A stretch of DNA of 16,524 bases, from IMG/VR virus record IMGVR_UViG_3300002348_000001, positions 3,455 to 19,978 of that record. One strand, given 5' to 3'. The position numbers and the translations under genes were made by a program. Origin of the DNA: a virus (lineage: Duplodnaviria; Heunggongvirae; Uroviricota; Caudoviricetes). Below the pieces are notes generated by a model. That model saw nothing but the letters and a program-made list of their open reading frames with translations. It had not been told where the DNA came from and ran no database searches. Below are positions 1 through 8,700 of this stretch, one piece after another. The stretch's first letter is position 1. Every line of letters starts with the position of its first letter.

Positions 1-2652
1 GCTTATACCAAAATCAGCTCCACTTGTACCTACACCTAAAGTTTGTGCTGCTGTCGTCAATCCATTTATTGAGGAAATACCGTTTGCAAATGTTGTTGTT
101 ACGCTTGATATATTTCCATTCTCCGTGTATAAAGTTACTGTTTTACCATTAGGATTAACTATTTGAATCTCAATTACAATTCTATCTGTAAGAGCTAATG
201 TAACTCCGCTTGGTATACTAACTCCTAATGTATATAGGTCTTTAGTAGCACCATTAGTTAATTCTTCAATGGTACCACTACTAATTAGAGTGAGTGAGGC
301 TCCATCCCATTTCTTAACAACAGCTTGAATGGTTGCGGGACTTGCACCAATACCAGCTACAGAGAAATAACATTCAAATACCCAAATACCTCCAGGAACA
401 CTTAATTGATTAGGGTCTCCTATGTCAGTAATAAACGAAGCAATTGTTCCTATTGTACTGCTTGTAAAATTAGCAGATGTTCCACTGGCAGATAATTTAC
501 TTAACTGATACATTGTTGTACCTGCTATACTACCTTGGGATGTGTTTCCATTTAAATAATATACACTACCTCCACCACCACCACCCACTGTTGGGAATAC
601 ACCTAGTGTCCCATCACCACGTACATATTGACTTGATAATCCTGCGCCTGTTACAACAATACTTCCTGAGGAAGTTATTGGAGATAAAGACACTGTAAAT
701 GCTGAAGGCATTGTAAGCCCAACTGATGTAACTGTACCTACACTCCAGCTTCTATCTGCTGATAAGTCATAAGTAGTTCCATTAATTGTCAATGTTCTTG
801 ATGTAGGAACATAAGTAGATAGATCACTTGTTAATGCCAAAGTTCCTGTTGCTGAAGGGAATGTATATGAATATGGTAATGCAGTATTAAATAGTAGATT
901 ATGTGCTACTCCAAATCCCCCACCTGTTACATTAATAATTAAACCATTTGTTTGAGAACCTATTCCTGTATATCCATTAGCTATGGGGAAAGTTCCATTC
1001 TTAATATTTATACCTAAATCAAAATTCTTTACTCCTGTTATTGTTTGAGTATTTGCCAAAGTAACATACCCACTTAAATCTGGTGTATAATTTGGTATGT
1101 TAAATATACCTGTTAATGGATCATAAGTGGAAGCACCACTTGTACCAGTAGTAGTAAGACTAATAGCAGTTCTTGCTCTTGAATTTGTAAAATATAATTG
1201 AGAAGGTCTACCTGGAAGACTACCAGCTCCCTCAAATACATCTCCTGTTACAAGACTAACTGGTCCTGTATATCCATTTACAGAACTCACTGCATCTGTA
1301 TTATCCACTTTATCCCACGCAGTACCGTTGAATATAGCCCAATCCCCCACCTTCCAGTCTGTAATACCATCAAGATTTGTACTACCTGCTGCATTTACAA
1401 CATAATAATATCCTTTTGTTCCTACACCTGAAGTTAATGTAGGGGTATTAGTATTTGCGTTCCAAATTCCTTGGTAACTAACACTACCTAATAAAGCACT
1501 TATTTGATTCTGCACTTTACCAAAAGCTTGTAAAATAGTATCAGTGGAGACTATTGTTCCTCCACCTGTTAAATTAAGGCCTGTTAACACTTTACCTATA
1601 ACAGCAGAATTAACTAAAGATGGATTTGGATATGTTCCACTAAGCTCACCACCTGCTGCAATTCCTGAAATTGTGGAAAGTTTATTATTAAAAGTGTTCC
1701 AATCTGAAAAAGATAAATATCCATCTGTAGCAATATCAGCCTTTGAAATAGACACTGTAACAGTGCCTAATAAATTAGATGCAGATATAGGTGCTGTTCC
1801 CACTACACTAGAAACACCTGCTACAATAGACCAGCTTCTATTGGCTGAAAGATCGTATGTAACACCATTAATAGTGAGTGTTCTACTTTCTGGAACAGGA
1901 ACAAATCCTAATGCAGAAGTGATGTCCCCATAAACCACTGGAGTGGCTGATGTGACTAATCCTTTACCATTTACAGCGAATTTTAAGAAAGTATTGCTCC
2001 CATAAACATTAGTGTTTACAGTTTTTAATGTAAGTGTTACAGGGGATCCTGTAGATCCAGATCCTGTTACATCTCCCACAAAGCTTAATGAGGCTGATGG
2101 AAGTGCTATTAATTGAGGAGTGATATTAGTTACAAGTCCTTTTGCATTTACGGTGATTACAGGTACTGATATATCAGACCCATAAATACCAGGATTGGTG
2201 TTCACGGTAGATAGCGTAAATTGACTATTACCTGGGCCAGAAGCCACTCCATCACCATAAAGATCAGTAATATAGTCTCCAGCTGGTTGGTAAGTGGTGC
2301 TATCTAAAGATCCATCTCCTTTTACAAAATCAGAAGATGTTCCCCCAGTTGTAATAAATTTAGATGCTTCTAAAAATCCTGTAAAAGATAATGTATAATT
2401 ACCACCAATAGTGGTGTCTTGTAATAAAGATCCGCCTAATTGTACTATATTTCCTGGGGAAAGTTGATAAATACCGTTATTAAAAGCATAGCCTGCTGTA
2501 ATATCACCAAACTTAGCATCTATTTTTTGTAGAGCATCCTCTAACGTGTCATTTGTATTTATAGAAGTGTATATTAAATTAGCACCTTCGTAAAAAACGC
2601 AGGTGCTAGATAGTATCACTGGACACACTTCAGCAGAACAAGTAACGTTCAT
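1..2652 (-). CDS. Tail fibre / receptor-binding structural protein, partial (884 aa visible, continues past the left edge; absent from the ORF track)
   Basis: Manual translation from ATG at 2652-2650 gives no in-frame stop down to position 1 (MNVTCSAEVCPVILSSTCVFYEGANLIYTSINTNDTLEDALQKID...GTSGADFGIS). Gly/Ser/Thr/Val-rich, with motifs I recognise from phage fibres: VTVNAKGLVT x2, RTLTINGxTYDLSAxRSW x2, GGELSGTYPNP, YQGIWNANTNTP...GDWAIFNGTAWDKVDN, VSSVNGYTGPVSL, LYFTNSRAR, QTITGVKNF. The CDS is near certain; the product is inferred from motifs. Confidence 0.85.
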   Translation of the reverse strand, partial: MNVTCSAEVCPVILSSTCVFYEGANLIYTSINTNDTLEDALQKIDAKFGDITAGYAFNNGIYQLSPGNIVQLGGSLLQDTTIGGNYTLSFTGFLEASKFITTGGTSSDFVKGDGSLDSTTYQPAGDYITDLYGDGVASGPGNSQFTLSTVNTNPGIYGSDISVPVITVNAKGLVTNITPQLIALPSASLSFVGDVTGSGSTGSPVTLTLKTVNTNVYGSNTFLKFAVNGKGLVTSATPVVYGDITSALGFVPVPESRTLTINGVTYDLSANRSWSIVAGVSSVVGTAPISASNLLGTVTVSISKADIATDGYLSFSDWNTFNNKLSTISGIAAGGELSGTYPNPSLVNSAVIGKVLTGLNLTGGGTIVSTDTILQAFGKVQNQISALLGSVSYQGIWNANTNTPTLTSGVGTKGYYYVVNAAGSTNLDGITDWKVGDWAIFNGTAWDKVDNTDAVSSVNGYTGPVSLVTGDVFEGAGSLPGRPSQLYFTNSRARTAISLTTTGTSGASTYDPLTGIFNIPNYTPDLSGYVTLANTQTITGVKNFDLGINIKNGTFPIANGYTGIGSQTNGLIINVTGGGFGVAHNLLFNTALPYSYTFPSATGTLALTSDLSTYVPTSRTLTINGTTYDLSADRSWSVGTVTSVGLTMPSAFTVSLSPITSSGSIVVTGAGLSSQYVRGDGTLGVFPTVGGGGGGSVYYLNGNTSQGSIAGTTMYQLSKLSASGTSANFTSSTIGTIASFITDIGDPNQLSVPGGIWVFECYFSVAGIGASPATIQAVVKKWDGASLTLISSGTIEELTNGATKDLYTLGVSIPSGVTLALTDRIVIEIQIVNPNGKTVTLYTENGNISSVTTTFANGISSINGLTTAAQTLGVGTSGADFGIS
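739..810 (-). repeat. 24-aa fibre repeat, copy 2 (VPTSRTLTINGTTYDLSADRSWSV)
   Basis: 20/24 aa identical to the copy at 1825..1896, same frame. Confidence 0.9.
1825..1896 (-). repeat. 24-aa fibre repeat, copy 1 (VPESRTLTINGVTYDLSANRSWSI)
   Basis: 20/24 aa identical to the copy at 739..810. Confidence 0.9.
1939..2271 (-). repeat. Tandem pair of ~50-aa fibre shaft modules (GD..SG...TLxTVNTN..YGS.....VNxKGLVT..TP)
   Basis: Unit 1 at 2116..2271 is ITDLYGDGVASGPGNSQFTLSTVNTNPGIYGSDISVPVITVNAKGLVTNITP. Unit 2 at 1939..2088 is LSFVGDVTGSGSTGSPVTLTLKTVNTNVYGSNTFLKFAVNGKGLVTSATP. Confidence 0.75.
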
Positions 2653-2682
2653 AATTAAATATATTAAGGCGAGATTAAGATG

Positions 2683-2711
2683 CAAAGATACCTTTTTCTC
2701 TTTATTATCAA
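2683..2711 (-). promoter_or_regulatory. Bacteroidetes primary-sigma promoter (-33 TTG, 18-nt spacer, -7 TATCTTTG followed by CA) upstream of the tail fibre gene
   Basis: Minus strand reads ...gtaTTGataataaagagaaaaaggTATCTTTGcatc..., matching the established TTG/TTTG-N(17-23)-TAnnTTTG consensus. It lies in the only real intergenic gap (2653..2755), 30 nt upstream of the ATG. The leader is AT-rich, lacks a Shine-Dalgarno site and has A at -3. Confidence 0.75.
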
Positions 2712-2755
2712 TACATTACATAAAATATTCAGATATAATATAGCAATACAACTCC

Positions 2756-5700
2756 TTATTTCATACTACTTTCTTTTTGTATAGTTATATCAAATTCTTT
2801 GGCAAACTCATTATTTAAAATTGCTCCATATGTTAAAGCAGACTTTGCTACAGGTAAAGCTTTTGCAGCATATTTAATAGGCATAGCTTTTTTCCTCACC
2901 TCTTCAGCAGATAATGTAGGATCTGTAATATCAAATCCTGTCACTTCTCTAACAAAGTGACTAGTAAACCTAGTATAATCTGTTATAAGTCCTATAGCTG
3001 GGAACATACTTCCACTCAAAAGACTTTCAAAATTGACAGGATTATAGAAGAAAGAAAGCTCTCCAACAAATTTATCTACCACTCTTTGTGAATACCTAAA
3101 GAAATTTTTGGTTGCTTTATCTTCTTCATCATCAGGAGCCATAAATCCTAGAGAAATCATCACACCTAATAAAGCCCCAAGAATAGCTAATTCTTTAATC
3201 TCGTTTCTTAGATTGGTTCTAATCATATCAGCAAAATCTTCTTTAGTCATGTTAAGAGTTTCACCTGTTCTTTTTTCGTATTTTTCAGCAAAATCCTCAT
3301 ACATTTTATCTATCAAAGCAATTCCCTTGTCATTCATTTGAATTAAATTCGTAATATTTGCTGATTTATCACGAATAGATGTTCCTAAAACATAAGCCAA
3401 AAGTCTAATTCTTCCTATATCATATTTCTCCCCTTTAACACCATCTTCATCCACTGTTACAGAAAAATCATCGCTCACTTTTCTAAATTCTGAGAAACGT
3501 GTATCAGCAAGTTTTGGTATCCAGCTTTTAAATAGCATCATACTATTTGTCCAAACAGACATTGACATTCTGTTAATATCTCCGTCAGACATACCTCCTG
3601 TTGCATTTCTAGAAATTCTTCTAGTTAGTTCTGTCAATCTTTGTAACTCCCTTTGATTTGAAAGATCTAATCCAGGAATTTCTAATTTACCGTTTACAAG
3701 TTTTTTAGTTACAGCTATAGACTTTGTTTTCTTAAGTTCTTCCACCTCTGCTTTTATAGCTTCTTTAGACTGTTTATATTCTGAAGAGGATTTATATCTA
3801 TTTTTGTATTTGTTTTTTACAAAATCATTAATATTAACAATTCTACCATTATCCACCATCATGTTTTCCAAAAGTGTGACAAAAATAGACTTTTCAATAA
3901 GTTGTTCTGGTTTTCTCATAAAAACCATTAGCATATCCCCTAAATTTTTTCTAGTGAGAGCAGTCATCCCTGCTTCATATTTATATATATCTGTAGATGG
4001 ATCATCTTTTAGAGGCATGAATGTATTAACTAATTGTACAAATATTTCTCTATCTTCTTCATTATCAAATCTTTGTACAGCTAATTTAGCTTGATTTTTA
4101 AGAAAGTCTCTTGCTTTAAAATAATCACCAGCTTGTGTAGCCACCTGTATATTACCTCCAAACATATTTACAGCTCCAGATATAAATTCAAACCCTAAAG
4201 CTTTTAATTGGAATGCTCTATTTGCTGCGTCCATAGTTTTTACTAAAGATGTAGCAGAAGGCTCCTCATCTATTTTAAATACTTCTCTGCCTGTAATAGT
4301 GTTTACACCATTTTTTACAAAGTTTAACACTTTACCTACATTTAAAGGAGTGTCTGTATCAGAAAGAACATACTTTTGTCCGTATAACAACACTCTTAAA
4401 AAGTCATCATACATTTTAGTGTTTTCTTCATTTCCTGGTATTTCTATTATTTTACCACCTTGTTTAACAACATTTGCTGATCTATCTGTAGCTAAATGCC
4501 CTTTAAATTGCTCTACAGTTTTTACTAATTGTAATTGTCCTTCTACAGCAGAAAGATATTTATACTTTTCCATTTGTTGGATGTATAAAATCATATTCTT
4601 AAAAAGATCTTCGCTTACGTCAGAATAATCATTTACACCATCTTTTCTAGTAAAATCATATGTGTAATACTTAGGAACAGAATTTTCTAGTTCACCTGTA
4701 AGCTCATTAAAACTTCCAAATCCTACATCATCTGTTTGCATTTTAAGACTCTCTGAAAAATTCTTTAAAGGAGAAATACTATGATCCCAAGCTAGTTCTT
4801 CAGCAGCTCCTTTCCTAACAAACGGTAGGAATGTTTTCATCACTTTATTAGTGATATATCCAGCCTCTTTAGCTTCTTCATTTATACTACCTATGAAATT
4901 ATAAAGTTCTAAAAGAATTGGATTTTTAAGAATGTTTTTGTATTCTTCTGAATACCATTTTGGGAGAGGATGTCTTTTAATGATATAGTTATTCCAACCA
5001 TTAAAGTTTTTATTATCAATATCCCACATCTCTTGAGCTTCTTTAATATTTTTAACTCTTATAGCCTCATTCTCATTTTTATCACTTGTATATATCTGTC
5101 TTTCTATTTTTTTAATTTGATCTTCAAGACGTTTATTAGCTTCTTTTTTATACTCCTCTACATCAATATTGTCTAAAAGCCATTGTTTATCTCCACCTTC
5201 TTTAGCTTTTGCATCCACTTCTTCATGGAATTTTCTGCTATATCTATGAATAAGTTTATTAACAATACCTCCTTTATCATCCTTTTGATATATCTGTTGC
5301 ACTATTGTTCTAAGATCTCCCCCCTGTTCTGCTAATTTCTTCCTAATATCCATTAGTTTTTGTACTCTTTCTAACGATGCTTTAGAAGCTTCTCCTTGGG
5401 CACCTCTCACCACTTTGTATAACAATTGTAATGCTTTAGAAGGAAGTTCTGATATACCTCTAAAATTAGAAGAAAGTCCTTTAATAACAGCTTCGGGGGA
5501 TAGAAGTCCAAATACAAGGTTTCTTTGCCCTACATGTTTATCTGCAAAATCCTGAGCAGCTTTCGTTAATTGTTCTTTTGATCTGTAAATAGCATTAGAT
5601 TGGGCCATCAACTGATCATGTATATCTTTTCTTCTTGCTACATCTTCTCTTTCTTCTTCTGTCTTAGCATTTTCCAACATATCCTTTGTATACACAAGGT

Positions 5701-8700
5701 GGCCTATGTCTCTTCCTATATTTTCAAAAACATCAATAATTCTTAAGTGCACTCTCATCTTCTCTGCAAAATCTGAAAGTTCTTTATTATTTGAATCGTT
5801 AGAAGAAGCTGGTCTATTTTTATAAATAGTGTTATAATCATTTAATAGCTGGTCACCCTCTTCTCTCATAATACCTACAACATCAATTAAAGAAGCAATA
5901 TTATTTTGTCCCTGTAAAAGACGAACAGCTTTTCTAATAGTGTTTAAACGCTCTATTTTAAATAAACGCTCATCATCATCTGTTACTTCTTCCTTGCCTA
6001 TTTGTTTAAGCATGGAATTTAGTTTTTTAATAATATTATCAAGATCTTCATATCCTGTAGATTCTGTTTGTTCAGAAACAGGCACAAGTCTAAGATCTTG
6101 TATTTTAGTTTTATCTATAGAACCTATAGCTATTCCTTTTAATTCAAGGCCAGAACTCTTATTGCCTTTTTCTTTATACCCAAAATCCATAGCTATTGGA
6201 ATAGCTCTATTCATTCCAAATTCTTTTATTCCATAAAAGTCTTTAAGAATATTTTTATATGTACCAAGCTGAATATCAAAGGCTCCTTGTTTAAACCATG
6301 CAACATCTTCACCGTTTATTTGCATAAACTTCCAATCAAGAATATGTCCTTTCCCCGAAGGATCTACAGCTAAGAAGTCTATTGTACCAGCTCTTTTATC
6401 TTTAGGATTGTAAACTATAACTTCCGAGAAAACTAATGCATCTTTATCTAATGTTTGTAAAAGACTTACATAATAGTTTTCCAACATATTATACATTTCT
6501 TCAGAAGGAAGATTGAATTTTACAGGTCTTGGATCAGGAGTGGTCTTTTTTGTACCATCTTTATTATAATATCTATTATGTATTTCTTCAAAATCAGCAT
6601 GCCCCTCCACCCCATATTTTCTTTTCATCTCGTTAAAAGCCTTTTCTTCTGGAGTGAATTTTTTATCTTTAAATCTTTTCTTATACCACTCTTTAACAAG
6701 ATCTGTCACCCTTTTGGTTATTTTTTGTTTTGTACCATCAGGAAGAGATATTTCATACCAGTTGGTAGACTCATCTGAATCTGCTAACACTTCATCAGAC
6801 TTTTCATCACTAACCACTTTGTTAATAGAATTTCTTGTTTCCTGTATTTTTTCTTGCACTTTCTTTTGTGCATCAGATAGTTGGTAAAATATTCCTCCTT
6901 CAGAAATATCAGAAATGGTTCCTCCCACCTCACCTTCAATCACTCTAGCTCCCACTTCTTCAAATATAGATATGTTGGATTTTCTATATACACCTCTTAT
7001 AAGATCTAATATTTTATTCCAAAAGTTTCTAAATAATGATTGAGTGGCTTCCTCCATTAATTCAGGATAGGCTTCTGTAGCTCCTGCTTTATTAATAATT
7101 ACTTCCACTAAAAGTTTATCTACAGCTTCTTTCTTTATTTTACGTATATCTGGTTTTCCATTAGGAAGTTTATATACATCTTTATATTGATCATAGACTT
7201 GTTTATATATCTTAAATCTATCTATTTTAGAAATCATTTCTGTAACAAGTCTTGGGTCCATTTGTTCTAAAATAGCTGTTGCTACGTGTACCATTTCTTC
7301 TGTGAGAGCAACATCTTCTTTCCCCTCTGCTACAGCAATTATCCCTCTAACAAGATCTGCCAGTCCATTTATTCCTTTTGTTGTTACGTCTTTATTACCT
7401 TTTAAATAATCAGAAAGCTGCTGAATACTAATACCCATTTTTTTAGCAGCTTCCTTCACCTTAGAAAGTGTTTCAGCAGAAGCCTTAGAAGCAGGCATTC
7501 CTTCTTTTTGTAAAAGAATTTGTTTCTGTTCTCTTTCAGGAACAATTTCTACTTCATTCCATGTATTACCATATTCATCTGTAATTTGTTTTACATTATC
7601 CTTTCCGTATTGTTTATTTAAAATATTCTTTACAGTGTTCTCATAGAAGTTGTATATAGGTTTTAAAGCACCAAAACCATTTTTTTCAACATCTTCAAGC
7701 TCTTTTTTAAGTTGATTTATTTCATTTTTAGTTTCTTCTGAAAACTTACTTTTTAAAGATTCAATTTCTTCTTTAGTAGCTGTTTTTTCTCTACCTGTTT
7801 CATTGCTTACTTTTCTCCAAGTTAAAACCTCATTACCATTTTCATCTTCTAAATATCTTTGAATATAATAAAATCCATCAACATTTTTATTTTTTAAAAT
7901 ACTAGATTCTTCAAGTTCTTTAATTCTATTTTCTTTTTGTTTCTTAAACTCTTCTAATGTTGTATGTCCTTCTACTTTACTAGCTGTATTACCAGAAGGG
8001 AATAACACTTTCTCATATCCTTTTTTAGCACTATCTTGTAGAATAGATTTAATAAAGAATGTAACCCAGTTAGAGTTTTTGTTTAGAAGTTGGAGGAATT
8101 GATTATCTGAACTATTATCTCCTCTTTCATCAAATCTTTTTTCTAACGCACTTCTTCTTAAAGTAGCTGTTTTACCTTCTTGATTTGAAATTGTAATTAA
8201 TTCATAAAGATTAGAATCTGTGTCAATATTTGTAACTGTAAACTTTTCACCATTAGATATAAATGTATCTCCTACTTTTTTAATATCAAGCTTTTTAGAA
8301 AGAACTTTACTATCTCTACCCTTCTGAAAAAGATCAGATTGTACTTCTAGTATTCTACGAGTTGTAGTAGGTGTACCTCCAACACCAGGAATGCCATTTT
8401 TTTCTAATTCTTTAGCTGCTTGAGCACCTTCAGTATCTCTAACTTCTTCTATTTCTTGAGGTAGTGCTTTTCTATTTTGAATACCAACTATAGAATCATC
8501 ACTTCTAAACCAACCAATACCTTGATCTGTAGCAAACTGAGCATGTCCTTTAATAGAAGGAGTAATAGCTGGTGTAGCTATTTCATTTTCTGTATAATTG
8601 GTTCCTCCTGGAACTGTTAGGTTAGAATATACAGAACTATTATTAGCAGCTCTTTGAGTATTAAAAGCTCTGTTAGCCTCTTCTAATGTTTTAAAAATTG

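Noticed and set aside
477-698. + strand 73-aa ORF with His runs (HYLHHHHP)
   Set aside because: Antisense shadow of the fibre's GGT/GGA poly-Gly hinge; no independent coding evidence.
1198-1933. + strand ORFs of 77 and 129 aa
   Set aside because: They lie opposite the long minus-strand fibre ORF and have no start signals or recognisable motifs.
1-2652. Slightly higher GC in the fibre gene as a sign of horizontal transfer; DGR target
   Set aside because: Explained by the Gly/Thr/Ala/Ser-rich composition. The repeat pair differs mainly at synonymous positions of several base types, and no reverse transcriptase or template repeat is visible.
2653-2755. Rho-independent terminator, ncRNA or small ORF in the intergenic gap
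   Set aside because: No GC-rich stem with a U-tract and no plausible ORF. The promoter accounts for the proximal part of the gap.
6240-6630. Cas4 / CRISPR association of the nuclease
   Set aside because: No Fe-S cysteines, no CRISPR repeats and no other cas genes in the window.
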